A DNA stretch of 64,000 nt, from positions 32,001 to 96,000 of the IMG/VR virus record IMGVR_UViG_3300009149_000012. One strand, given 5' to 3'. The position numbers were made by a program, and so were the translations under genes. The notes beneath the pieces were generated by a model, which was given only the letters and a program-made list of their open reading frames with translations, was not told where the DNA came from and did no database searches. The DNA comes from a virus. This document shows, one piece after another, positions 1 through 8,702 of this stretch; the first letter of the stretch is position 1, and every line of letters starts with the position of its first letter.

Positions 1-138
1 GTTGCTACCGACCTGAAGCCGAGCTTCCTGGATCTGACGCAAACGGACGAGAGTGTCCTTGTCGATCGGATCCTTGATCGTGAGCCGGGGTTCAGTCGAC
101 TCTTGTGCCTCTTGGGTCGTGTTCTGGTCTTCAGGCAT
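1..138 (-). CDS. hypothetical protein, partial (runs off the left edge)
   Basis: ATG at 138 preceded by GGAG; open frame MPEDQNTTQEAQESTEPRLTIKDPIDKDTLVRLRQIQEARLQ... to the window edge. Confidence 0.65.
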   Translation of the reverse strand, partial: MPEDQNTTQEAQESTEPRLTIKDPIDKDTLVRLRQIQEARLQVGSN

Positions 139-166
139 GTTCATCTCCATTTGATCGGGGATTTTG

Positions 167-195
167 AGGGTACCGGGCTGGCACCCTCGTGTCAA
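167..195 (-). promoter_or_regulatory. sigma70-like promoter TTGACA-N17-TACCCT
   Basis: Perfect -35, 17-nt spacer, directly after the stop of 196..1158 and upstream of the edge ORF. Confidence 0.5.
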
Positions 196-1158
196 TCAGG
201 ATGCGTCGGCGAACGTCTTGTTCATCTTGGTCGTGACTTCACCGATGCTGGAGGCCCACTCTTTAAAGTCCTCCCAAGCACCGCTGATCACGTCCCAGAC
301 CTTGCGCATGAAGCCCCAAGCTTTATCGAGTGTCTCGGCGAGACCACCCTGCTTGTCGGCCGAAGCACTCTTGTACTTCGCCATTTGCTCGGCGCTGTAT
401 TGGAAGTCACCGCCCGGGATGTCCATTCCCTCGACGAAACGCTCCTCAGCCTTGCGAAGATGCTCGATGACTTTCTTGACATCACCAAGCTCACGCAGTG
501 CGAGCATCATGAGGAACTGGGCTTCCTTTTCGAACTCGACGGCCAAGATCTTCGACTTGTTGTACTTGTCGGAAGCCTCAACGAGATCTTCGAGCTTGTT
601 GCTCGCGACTTCCATCTGCTTGAGGTACGTCGCGTGCTTGCCTTGGGCGGTCTTGAGCCACCGCTGCCGGTTCTTGCCCGCTCGGTCGGAAGGCGCTGCC
701 ATCGCCGCCAAGTGCTGTTCGATCTTCTTCTGGGCGTCGTCGACCAACCGGTGAAGATGTCCGATGTCGAGTTGGACATCGTGGGTGGTTTGCTTCAGGT
801 CGTCATGGAGCCCTTCGGAGACGAGTCGTTCCTTGACCCAATCCTCAATCACCTCACCGCTCGTGACACGCCACCGACCAGCGGTGCCAGTTCCGCCGCC
901 ACCCTTCAGCATCTCGGGTGGGATCACAACGCCTTGGCGTTTGCACTTGTTGCGCCAGTGCTGAACCGCTGCCGCCCAAGACTTGCCGTTCTTGGGATCG
1001 AACCGATCCCCGGCTTTGGTGACGACGTACTTCCAGACGTTAAGTGTCTCGGGTGGAATTTCACCTTCGTCGACGCCCGCAACCATCCACTTGGGAGGTA
1101 CGAAGCGCGCATCGTAGGTATTCAGGAAGCGACCGGCAACTCTTTCAGCAAGTCCCAT
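196..1158 (-). CDS. coiled-coil putative internal head/virion protein
   Basis: ATG at 1158 with GGAG SD; N-terminal LAERVAGRF motif shared with other proteins in the window; heptad-rich. Confidence 0.7.
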   Translation of the reverse strand: MGLAERVAGRFLNTYDARFVPPKWMVAGVDEGEIPPETLNVWKYVVTKAGDRFDPKNGKSWAAAVQHWRNKCKRQGVVIPPEMLKGGGGTGTAGRWRVTSGEVIEDWVKERLVSEGLHDDLKQTTHDVQLDIGHLHRLVDDAQKKIEQHLAAMAAPSDRAGKNRQRWLKTAQGKHATYLKQMEVASNKLEDLVEASDKYNKSKILAVEFEKEAQFLMMLALRELGDVKKVIEHLRKAEERFVEGMDIPGGDFQYSAEQMAKYKSASADKQGGLAETLDKAWGFMRKVWDVISGAWEDFKEWASSIGEVTTKMNKTFADAS

Positions 1159-1168
1159 GTGACATCTC

Positions 1169-1217
1169 CATGCCCTGAACCAATGCATAAGAGCCTTATG
1201 AGATACCTTGGGGCATG
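1169..1217. promoter_or_regulatory. divergent pseudo-palindromic putative late promoter pair
   Basis: CATGCCC-N10-CATAAG-agc-CTTATG-N10-GGGCATG between two divergent genes. Confidence 0.55.
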
Positions 1218-1685
1218 AATTCGAAAGCCGTGGCCGCTCGTCTTCGGGCCCTTGCTGTAAGCTTGGACCAAGGGGCGATCGTTCCTAAACAACATGTCGT
1301 GTCTGTCCTAGCCGAGCTTCGAAATGACTTGGGGACCACCCGAACGGCGGCAAGTTCGGTCAAGCTCGACCGCTCGACTCTCCGAGACGTCAACCGGAAG
1401 CTTGACCGTGAAGGGCTGGACGGTCGAAAGCCCTTCCGTAGCTTCGGACTCGGGCTCGGTGAAATCGTCGACGTGCTGGGTCGGGAAGGCATCTTCATTG
1501 ATGACGTCATCCAAAAGCCCAGGTCGCCCGGGGGACAAAACACCTTCCCCTTGCGCCGTAAGTGGCCCTTGGAGAACTTCGGTGCTTTTGACCCAGGAGA
1601 TATCGTGGGCAACTCAATGCTCACGCTCTCATGGCACCAGTTCGAAGAGACCGGCAATTGGGAGATGATTGCCTACCTCAGCTAG
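1215..1685 (+). CDS. hypothetical phage protein
   Basis: 156-aa ORF, VAARLRALA and RTAA motifs, ends in WEMIAYLS. Confidence 0.7.
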   Translation: MNSKAVAARLRALAVSLDQGAIVPKQHVVSVLAELRNDLGTTRTAASSVKLDRSTLRDVNRKLDREGLDGRKPFRSFGLGLGEIVDVLGREGIFIDDVIQKPRSPGGQNTFPLRRKWPLENFGAFDPGDIVGNSMLTLSWHQFEETGNWEMIAYLS

Positions 1686-2310
1686 GGTCCTTGGGCGGCA
1701 ACGTCTTTCCCTCTGGAAGAGTCGGTGGCTCTTCCGACCACACAGCATTCATAGACTGACGGGGGCGCCGAACGATGTCGTCCACCGCTTTCCAATACCA
1801 GTCGTCCATTGGCTTGAGAAACGGCCACATCCACCCGTAACGACCCGTCGTGAACTGCTTGAGGAAGTGCTGCCGGTACGTCTCGGAGTACAAGATGCTC
1901 TGTCCGTGCCGGACATATGCCAAACGCATCGTCTCCGTGTACGCCTCCTTTTCGAACTTGGCCCGGTAGTAGGCGAGCCCAAGCGAGAAGAGCACGAGCA
2001 AGTACAGGACCATGTACAGGGGAAAGGTGTACTTATCGCTCTGGCGCATGTGGATCCGTTCATGCCGCAAAAGCGATTCTTTCGAATAGACCGGCCACAG
2101 GTCCCAAGCCTCAGGGGTGTAGACCGTGTAGCGGATCACCGTGGTGTAGTCCGACATGAAGGACTTTTGACTGCCGAACGTCAGGACGAGCAAGATCTTG
2201 CTGAGAAGCCACATGAAACGGCTGTCAGCCTTGCGAACGAGCTTGAACTTGGGGAACTCTTGCAAGATCTCGTCAAGCAAAAGCTGGAATTTCTCACTGT
2301 CAGTAGGCAT
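1678..2310 (-). CDS. putative HExxH zinc metallopeptidase with hydrophobic segments
   Basis: LLRHERIHMRQ motif and downstream FEKEAY third-ligand-like Glu; GAGGTG SD. Confidence 0.65.
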   Translation of the reverse strand: MPTDSEKFQLLLDEILQEFPKFKLVRKADSRFMWLLSKILLVLTFGSQKSFMSDYTTVIRYTVYTPEAWDLWPVYSKESLLRHERIHMRQSDKYTFPLYMVLYLLVLFSLGLAYYRAKFEKEAYTETMRLAYVRHGQSILYSETYRQHFLKQFTTGRYGWMWPFLKPMDDWYWKAVDDIVRRPRQSMNAVWSEEPPTLPEGKTLPPKDPS

Positions 2311-2373
2311 GATGCACCTCACTTAAGCGGTCCGAAAAGTGGATCCAAGCAAGGACATTCCAGGAAAGTCTGA

Positions 2374-2607
2374 GTGACCATGATTCACGTCGAGTTGCGC
2401 AGCTACTTCGAAGGGCCCACCATCGGAATGGCGGAAATGGAGTCGCTCCCAGTCCCCCCGATGGTGGGAGACATCATCACCTTGCCAAAAGTCCATGGGC
2501 AATTCCGTGTGGATTGTCGGTGGCTCGATATCCGACACGGGATGACCAATCTCGTCCTGGCGGTCACGGAGATCAAGCGCAAAGGAATTTCTTGGGACAT
2601 CGATTGA
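2374..2607 (+). CDS. small hypothetical protein
   Basis: 77-aa ORF, AGGA upstream, VPPMVGDIITL beta-barrel-like motif. Confidence 0.55.
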   Translation: MTMIHVELRSYFEGPTIGMAEMESLPVPPMVGDIITLPKVHGQFRVDCRWLDIRHGMTNLVLAVTEIKRKGISWDID

Positions 2608-2640
2608 TTGAGACCAAGCTCACGCCTTAGAGGGTGCATG
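2604..2640 (+). promoter_or_regulatory. putative phage early promoter, leaderless (TTGAT-N16-CCTTAGAGGGTGC-ATG)
   Basis: Same motif with the same spacing at 31546-31583 (-) and 29444-29482 (-). Confidence 0.55.
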
Positions 2641-2802
2641 CAGACCGGAACCAAAGCCCTTCGCCAGACCGACACCAAAGCATGGGTTCAGCGTCATGGA
2701 GGCGGGTCGGCCAAGCGCCGTCGGTCGGCCGCTCGCTGCGAGAAGGCAATCGAGACCGCTACTCGTCGGGCTGGTAAGGCCGCTTGCAAGGAGACCTTCT
2801 GA
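2638..2802 (+). CDS. small basic hypothetical protein
   Basis: ATG directly follows the promoter motif; 54 aa, Arg/Lys/Ala rich. Confidence 0.5.
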   Translation: MQTGTKALRQTDTKAWVQRHGGGSAKRRRSAARCEKAIETATRRAGKAACKETF

Positions 2803-2803
2803 G

Positions 2804-3088
2804 ATGGCTGCGACCCTCACCCAAGCCCAACGCAACGACATCTGGCGGCTGGCGCAGCCGGAAGCTGAGAAGAACGGCCTGTTCTTCTACGAACAAAATG
2901 GGACAGACGAGCACCTTGAGGCTCTCGAATCCCTTGGGCTGATCACGTTCCGGTCGGCCACGCACTACTTTGCCTTCTCCAATGGCGAGCTTGGCGAAGA
3001 GGACGGCTTCCTGGTCAACATCACCGAAAAGGGCCGCAAATCCTATGAGCTTGCTGCCGCCGCTGGGCTGCACTCAGCTAGCACCTGA
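2804..3088 (+). CDS. winged-helix-like small protein
   Basis: AAGGAG SD; LEALESLGLI...ITEKGR wHTH-like pattern. Confidence 0.55.
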   Translation: MAATLTQAQRNDIWRLAQPEAEKNGLFFYEQNGTDEHLEALESLGLITFRSATHYFAFSNGELGEEDGFLVNITEKGRKSYELAAAAGLHSAST

Positions 3089-3955
3089 AGCTCCAATGAA
3101 CGCCCGGGGGGTCAAAACCCCTCGACCCACGTAAGGTCCGAACGCCGACCTGATCCCGATGCCGTACTTCGGTTGCTGTACGCCTCGGATGATCTTCACG
3201 GTCTGCTTGGCCTTTTCGAGCATGTCGTTGAACTGATCGTTGGCCGAGTTGGCAGCGGCTTCGTATTTGCTGCTCCGCTCGATCGACAAGGAAATGCCGC
3301 CAATCGAGTAGTCGAATTCGTCGGCGATCCAGTTGATTTGGAGCGCTCGAAGGGCCCAGATCATGCCGCCCGTCAAAACGAGCGTGCGCCATTCGGGCCG
3401 AGACTGCATGAGGTGGTCGAGCGATCCGAACGGCGTGCGAGGGGGCGCAGCAATCGCCATGTCGAGCCCACGTTGGATGTACTCCAGAAGCTCTTCGTCC
3501 TCCCAGATGAACCCAAAGACCCTGTTGTATTGCTGGATCGTCTCTTCATGACTCGGCGGGCGGAAATGGTAGTTTCGGTCAGGGCAATTTGAGACGAGCA
3601 TCCCTGACTTATGAAGATAGAAATTGTGCCAATCCTCAGCCGTCAAGTCGTACATATACCGCCTTGGAGCCAAGGGCTTGATAGACATCACCTTTGCCCC
3701 CACGACGTCCGCACCAGAAGCCAACTTCCCAGCTTCAACCTTGGAAGTAGGGGACGTGAAAACCCGGTGACCCCATGTCAGAACGGAAGCCCCTCGGGTT
3801 GTGGTCACCTCAACAATGGTCTCTGGGCCAACTTCAACTCGATGTACATCGAGCACCCGCTTCCAATCTTCTGACCCTTCAGGAGACTTGGAACGAACCC
3901 TCAATGTACCAGCTTGAAAAGCCGCCTTGATCTTATCCTTCTGTGCCGTGTCCAA
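3074..3955 (-). CDS. C-terminal half of a fractured gene: 123-aa C-intein plus C-extein of a putative head-tail adaptor
   Basis: TTG start at 3955 with GGAGAAGGA SD; intein block B (TWGHRVF), block F (MYDLTAEDWHNF), block G (VSN/C); extein CPDRNYHFRPP... Confidence 0.8.
   Translation of the reverse strand: MDTAQKDKIKAAFQAGTLRVRSKSPEGSEDWKRVLDVHRVEVGPETIVEVTTTRGASVLTWGHRVFTSPTSKVEAGKLASGADVVGAKVMSIKPLAPRRYMYDLTAEDWHNFYLHKSGMLVSNCPDRNYHFRPPSHEETIQQYNRVFGFIWEDEELLEYIQRGLDMAIAAPPRTPFGSLDHLMQSRPEWRTLVLTGGMIWALRALQINWIADEFDYSIGGISLSIERSSKYEAAANSANDQFNDMLEKAKQTVKIIRGVQQPKYGIGIRSAFGPYVGRGVLTPRAFIGASGAS
3587..3955 (-). mobile_element. split intein C-fragment (IntC, 123 aa)
   Basis: Blocks B, F and G present but no block A; ends Ser-Asn followed by Cys+1. 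Confidence 0.85.
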
Positions 3956-4865
3956 AATCCTTCTCCGTCCAGACCAGGAAGTCCCACCCCATTGTGGATG
4001 CATAAGAGGAAGCCTCACGAAGCCTGTGTTGAACCTTGTGTGTTTCAGGCAAATCCAGCACCCAACTAGCCTTAACCTCAAGTAAAACCAAGTGATCATC
4101 CGTGTAGGTCACAACAAAGTCAGGCAGAATCCATCGCCCTGACGGAAGTTTGACCCTTGGCTCGAACACATAGGTTTTCACGTCAGGGTCTTCATCGAGA
4201 AGCGTGACCACGATACGTTCGTAACTACTACGGGTCCAGATCCTTGGCTTTGAACACTTCAGAGGTTCCACCCAAGCTCCTCGCCCCCTAGACCATTTCA
4301 CTGGGTCTTCGATCATGCGACGAGATTGAGCCTTGGACCTTCTCAGCCGCTCTTCTTCAGAACGATGGAAAGCCAGCAAATGGGCTCTTTCTTCTGGCCG
4401 CTGCCACCGACGAAGAGCCGACATGCGGCGACGCTCACGAACTTCGGGTCTTTGGTTCGCCAGCCGAAGAGTCTCTCGTTCCTCTGGAGACCGAATTTTT
4501 CCTCTATGGAAGTCGAATTTACCGTCTGCCCAATCTGCCCGAAGACTTTCCGACAACCAGGGCTTCTTCCGACCACGCCCCGCTCTACCCACACGAGCGG
4601 CATTTTCAACACGATTTGCTTGGGAAGCAGGGTTCCCGGTGGCCTGGGTGAGACGCTGGATCCCCATCAAGGAGAGACCCGTCAACCTGGACATTTCAAG
4701 CCAAGGCATACCGGCCTCATGTAGCTCGGTCACCAAGGCCCTACGTTTTTCGGCCACACCTTTGGGAGGACGACCCTTTTTCTGAAGTATCTCCCAAGAC
4801 AGTCCGTGTTTTTCAAGCAGGGGTGCCAGTTCAGGGGGTGCCGTGGATGGTTTCCCAGAGGTCAC
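3933..4865 (-). CDS. free-standing TnsA-like PD-(D/E)XK putative homing endonuclease with N-terminal HTH and basic NUMOD3-like repeats
   Basis: RSSYE...LDEDPDV...YVFEP...LPDFVV...LLEVK motif set; lies between the two intein halves. Confidence 0.8.
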   Translation of the reverse strand: MTSGKPSTAPPELAPLLEKHGLSWEILQKKGRPPKGVAEKRRALVTELHEAGMPWLEMSRLTGLSLMGIQRLTQATGNPASQANRVENAARVGRAGRGRKKPWLSESLRADWADGKFDFHRGKIRSPEERETLRLANQRPEVRERRRMSALRRWQRPEERAHLLAFHRSEEERLRRSKAQSRRMIEDPVKWSRGRGAWVEPLKCSKPRIWTRSSYERIVVTLLDEDPDVKTYVFEPRVKLPSGRWILPDFVVTYTDDHLVLLEVKASWVLDLPETHKVQHRLREASSYASTMGWDFLVWTEKDFGHGTEG

Positions 4866-5319
4866 GGATAGTGGTTACCATTTTCTCACCATCCACGTCA
4901 AGCTCGACGGTCTCTTCTCCACCCACACAGTTATCCCTCAAAAGGATCCGGAGCCGGCGAATGAAGTCCTCTTCCACGCACGACATGGCGGTCACGCATT
5001 CAATCGTGCGGTCCACCACTTCAAATTCTTGAACAACCTGTTGGATCGGGCCGTTGACGAACTCTCGGAAGCTCCACCGAATCCGGTACTCGCCGATGTT
5101 GGCGTCGAGGGGGACCACAATGCTGGAGTAGTATTCTCCCACAGCAGGATGAGCCGGGGTGCGCCGGGGAACCCCAAGCAACACCTCTTGCCCTGCCGTG
5201 AAGTCATACAGGGCGTACGTGATCTCGGCAGCGTCGATGGGATGGTTCTGTGCGCTTTCGAGGAAGATGTTGAGGTCTTCCCGGCCTAGCTGCTGTCCTC
5301 GGTAGTACGCTGTTCCCAT
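4831..5319 (-). CDS. N-terminal half of a fractured gene: Ig-like N-extein plus 32-aa N-intein
   Basis: ...RRLRILLRDN/CVGGEETVELDVDGEKMVTTIRDLWETIHGTP*; block A-like C1 and TIRDL motif. Confidence 0.8.
   Translation of the reverse strand: MGTAYYRGQQLGREDLNIFLESAQNHPIDAAEITYALYDFTAGQEVLLGVPRRTPAHPAVGEYYSSIVVPLDANIGEYRIRWSFREFVNGPIQQVVQEFEVVDRTIECVTAMSCVEEDFIRRLRILLRDNCVGGEETVELDVDGEKMVTTIRDLWETIHGTP
4834..4929 (-). mobile_element. split intein N-fragment (IntN, 32 aa)
   Basis: Starts at Cys, block A pattern, strongly acidic, ends at a stop codon. Confidence 0.8.
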
Positions 5320-5320
5320 T

Positions 5321-5965
5321 CTAGTCGTCCAACGCTTCTTCTTCTTTGCGCAGACCCTTCAGGCGATTGTCGAAGCCATTGAACGCCTTTTCGGTGGCCT
5401 TCTGCATCTTTTTGGCCTTCTCACGGGTCTTCGAGATCAGTTCCGTGTAGTCGGATGGAACGCGTCCATTGGTCTGATCCTTGTTGTCCTTCATGACCTG
5501 CTCAAGCTCGTTCAATTCCTTGAGCAGGCCACTGTAGAACGAATCAGCTTCTTTTTCCTGGTGGTTGCCAAACTCGGGCCAGCCCTGTTCATTCTGCATC
5601 TTGCCAATGTTGGGCATTTTGTCTGACAGATCACGAATGTACTTGTTGGGGAGATCCTTCAGATCCTCAACCTCGTTCGACCACAAAGCATGGTCCCCCC
5701 GGGCCTCGGACAGTTCGTCTTTGAACTCCCAATCACTGGCGCTGTGAGCGTCGTCAATTTCGCTCCGGGTGCGAGGCTTCTTTTTCTCGGCAGGCTTGTC
5801 CTCACCCTTGGGCTCGTCCCCGCCCTGTTCCTTGACATGGTGCTTGGACTTATCAGCGTCAGGATGCTCGTGAAGATACTTTTTGAGCGCTTCAGGATTC
5901 GCGTGCTCCATAGACAAACCAAGGAAGCGAGCTACAACGCGTCGCGCAATTTTCTCATCACTCAT
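5321..5965 (-). CDS. charged putative internal head protein
   Basis: KIARRVVARFL N-terminal motif; K/E/D-rich helical composition. Confidence 0.7.
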   Translation of the reverse strand: MSDEKIARRVVARFLGLSMEHANPEALKKYLHEHPDADKSKHHVKEQGGDEPKGEDKPAEKKKPRTRSEIDDAHSASDWEFKDELSEARGDHALWSNEVEDLKDLPNKYIRDLSDKMPNIGKMQNEQGWPEFGNHQEKEADSFYSGLLKELNELEQVMKDNKDQTNGRVPSDYTELISKTREKAKKMQKATEKAFNGFDNRLKGLRKEEEALDD

Positions 5966-7170
5966 AACCAACCATACTTTCGGGTTCGGGGCAAGCCGTC
6001 ACTGAGATCGGAACACAAGGTTGCATCACAGACTCGGAACGGCATCATCTTCTCAAAGGCGGGGCTACAAGAGGATTTGCGGTACTTCCATGTGATACGC
6101 CAGTTGCCAGGCTGACTCTCCCAGCCTGCAAACCCGGCGACATGGAATTCCCCGTTGCCATCCCGAACCGGGATCTGGTTGCCAGGGCCCACGCAGACCC
6201 ATCCGCCGTGGTGCTGCATGCACAAGGTGTAGGTCACCTCGTAGGGCTCGACGTTGCCATCGAACCAGATCGCCAAATCCCCACGCTGCAAAAGCTGCCC
6301 GTAGCGAAAGCCTTCCGGGATCAACGAACAGATCGGCGTCAGGTCATCCACCACCATGTGGGCCGAAACGTTCGAAGTGCCGTGGACAATGCCGGGGACC
6401 GATAGGATCGCGCTGCTGTGGCCAACCACCTGACCGGAGGCGAGAATGAACATCGAGACGTCGCCTGTGAGCATCGACGATCCGAAGATCAATCCACCCA
6501 CAGCCAATTGGTTTTCGATGACAGCCGTGCCGGTGCCGTAGAGGTGTCCACCCACGAGCAAGTCTACCCAGATGGTACCTGCTATCGAAGAGGTTCCGCT
6601 TGCGGTCCCTCCCGCTGCAAGGGTCATCCGGTCGGCCACCATAGCAACGGCATCCCCAAGCGACACGCCATGAGCCGAGATCTGGGTCGTGATTGGCGCT
6701 GACAGGGAACTGTTGCCCACCATGAAGGCGTAAACCTTGGCGGGTGACCCAAGATATGCTGCAAGGGCCGAGTTGCCTTGGAGGGGCTGTGGGAGCGACA
6801 GGAGCCATGTTCCGGCGAGGGGTGCCGAAAGCGATCCGTCCCCAGCTAGGTCTGCCCGGGCTCCGAACGTCGCTGACAGGGTTGTCTCCGTGGTGGCTTC
6901 CCCTTCGAGAGACGTGGACAGCCCTCGGAGTCTGACCCCTCCCGCTGCAACCCCTGAATTGCCCCCCAACGCAGCGCCCACAGAGTGCAGTTTTCCCAGA
7001 AAGGGCGTGAGGGTGGACCCGCCCGCCATCCCCACTGCAATTGGAGTTACCGCCGCCGCTTGGGCTACAAGTTCACTCCCCCCACTCAAATCCGCCGACG
7101 CCGCTCGCACCCCAACGATTGACCCGAGAAGGGTCGCACCGTTCACAGAGATGCCAGTTACGTCAACCAC
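5962..7170 (-). CDS. Gly/Ala/Ser repeat virion protein with a C-terminal Ig-like domain
   Basis: Repeating A/L-x-G-x-S/G beta repeats; C-terminus (FRYGQLLQRGDLAIWF...GNWRITW) resembles the N-extein at 4831..5319. Confidence 0.7.
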   Translation of the reverse strand: MVDVTGISVNGATLLGSIVGVRAASADLSGGSELVAQAAAVTPIAVGMAGGSTLTPFLGKLHSVGAALGGNSGVAAGGVRLRGLSTSLEGEATTETTLSATFGARADLAGDGSLSAPLAGTWLLSLPQPLQGNSALAAYLGSPAKVYAFMVGNSSLSAPITTQISAHGVSLGDAVAMVADRMTLAAGGTASGTSSIAGTIWVDLLVGGHLYGTGTAVIENQLAVGGLIFGSSMLTGDVSMFILASGQVVGHSSAILSVPGIVHGTSNVSAHMVVDDLTPICSLIPEGFRYGQLLQRGDLAIWFDGNVEPYEVTYTLCMQHHGGWVCVGPGNQIPVRDGNGEFHVAGFAGWESQPGNWRITWKYRKSSCSPAFEKMMPFRVCDATLCSDLSDGLPRTRKYGWL

Positions 7171-7185
7171 ACTTTACTTTCCAGA

Positions 7186-7569
7186 CTAGTCTTCCTGGAC
7201 AATTAACTGTCCTACCGGGAATTTGATCTGATCGTTGATCTGCACGTCCCGGGTTGCCGTGAGATTGCCGTAATACAACATGTTCCCCGCCGCAGCGGCA
7301 TCCATGATGGCGAAGGCAACAACGATCCCCCATGGAGCCGATGCGACAGGAAAGATCAAGTCTGCGCTGTTGGAAACGGTGCCACCACTCGGAACGGAGA
7401 AAACCACCGTCTGGCGTGTGTAGCCACCACCGGTAACTTCGGTGCCGCCGCCCGTCTCGGTTGGAGCAACCGTGAACAGGGCGATATACACCGCAGCCGG
7501 GGACGAATACGAGATGGCACGGAGGACGTGGTTGAGGAGAACCTCTTCGAGGTAGTTCGTCTTGGACAT
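7186..7569 (-). CDS. small tail/virion structural protein (paralog of 8703..9125)
   Basis: VYIALFT...EVTGGGY.RQ...FP.A...WG...DAA.AGNMLYYG.LTA pattern typical of phage tail-associated proteins. Confidence 0.75.
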   Translation of the reverse strand: MSKTNYLEEVLLNHVLRAISYSSPAAVYIALFTVAPTETGGGTEVTGGGYTRQTVVFSVPSGGTVSNSADLIFPVASAPWGIVVAFAIMDAAAAGNMLYYGNLTATRDVQINDQIKFPVGQLIVQED

Positions 7570-7570
7570 G

Positions 7571-7969
7571 TCACGTCCTCGGATGAATGAAAGTCGATCG
7601 AATACCTGGCTGACAGTTCTCGGCCTTCAGAACGATGTCGTAATCCTGAGCCACGATCTGCTTGCCAACGGGGTAGTTTATGAGCAGACGCCAAAATCCG
7701 AGAGCGTTTGGGCGAAAACGAACGCTGTAGACGCCACCGGACCCTGGAATCTCGCTCCAATAGACGTTGCCCGACGCCACTTGGCTATCAAGCAACGCCG
7801 TTCCATCGAGCAACGACCAGGGTTGCTCGGAGTTGTTGAAGAACAGTTGAGACGTCACATTGGCAGTCGTCAAGCCAGCTTGGCGCGTGTACCCGTCGGA
7901 CTGAAAGAAGTCCGCTTGGTCCACAACCGCTTGATTGATCTCGACAATCCTGCCATGTGTCGTGCTCAT
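7571..7969 (-). CDS. Ig-like virion protein
   Basis: GVYSVRFRPNALGFWRLLINY beta-sandwich motif; tightly coupled to its neighbours. Confidence 0.65.
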   Translation of the reverse strand: MSTTHGRIVEINQAVVDQADFFQSDGYTRQAGLTTANVTSQLFFNNSEQPWSLLDGTALLDSQVASGNVYWSEIPGSGGVYSVRFRPNALGFWRLLINYPVGKQIVAQDYDIVLKAENCQPGIRSTFIHPRT

Positions 7970-8694
7970 GGGAAGCGACGTCTCCTAGTCGTGGTGGACA
8001 CGGAGTTGCTTGGGGACGAGGGCGGGTTCGGGTTTGAGCGCATCCCCACCTGGACCACGATATCAGTCGTGGATCCAGATGAAGGCTGCGTTACCACCGC
8101 CTTGTGGACGATCATCGTGGCCGTCAGGATGGTTTCCCCTGAAAGATTGGCGAACAGACCTTCGATGAGGTATCCGGTGAGATCCGAATCGCCCGTCATC
8201 AAGTCTGCTGCCACGGGAACTGCCACGAGAAGGTCAGATGTCAGGTTGGAATCACCTACGAGGGTGTCTGCCGCCATGATTTCAGCGAGGGTCGCACTGA
8301 GACCCCCTTCGCCGTCCATGGTTGCAGCCGCACTGTAAGCGACTCCTGCTGCCCCAGTTAGGTCCGCATCTCCATCCATGGAGGTAGCAAACGCGTATGC
8401 AAGATCGGAAGTGAGGGTTCCATCCCCGTCGATTGCAGTTGCAGCGGATCGAATGACCGCCGCACCACTGGTGAGATCAGCATCGCCATCGAGGGTTGCC
8501 CCGATCGCAAAGGCGAAGTCACCCGAAAGGTCCCCGTCACCGTCCATAGCGGAAGCGAGGCCCCTGGTTCGACTCATCGCCGAAACCAGGTCACCGTCGC
8601 CATCCATGGACAGTCCGAACGCATATGTGGCGTTCGCGCCACCGGTTAGGGTGCCGTCGCCATCCAAAGTCGCAGCGACATTATGGATAGCCAC
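7966..8694 (-). CDS. Ala/Asp/Gly tandem-repeat virion protein
   Basis: Multiple A(T/S)(L/M)DGD(G/A)(T/D)L repeats of about 20 aa. Confidence 0.75.
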   Translation of the reverse strand: MAIHNVAATLDGDGTLTGGANATYAFGLSMDGDGDLVSAMSRTRGLASAMDGDGDLSGDFAFAIGATLDGDADLTSGAAVIRSAATAIDGDGTLTSDLAYAFATSMDGDADLTGAAGVAYSAAATMDGEGGLSATLAEIMAADTLVGDSNLTSDLLVAVPVAADLMTGDSDLTGYLIEGLFANLSGETILTATMIVHKAVVTQPSSGSTTDIVVQVGMRSNPNPPSSPSNSVSTTTRRRRFP

Positions 8695-8702
8695 TGATTA
8701 CC

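Noticed and set aside
3074-5319. Single contiguous intein broken by sequencing errors, or a group I intron
   Set aside because: Would need two independent frameshifts; IntC has its own SD, start and promoter motif; the insert is fully coding with no room for a ribozyme core
7851-7860. 10-nt match (GACGTCACAT) to the start of the 17-nt spacer; similar 10-11 nt hits for other spacers near 4528, 41903 and 63497
   Set aside because: Matches this short are expected by chance in 64 kb on two strands; no full protospacer found by eye
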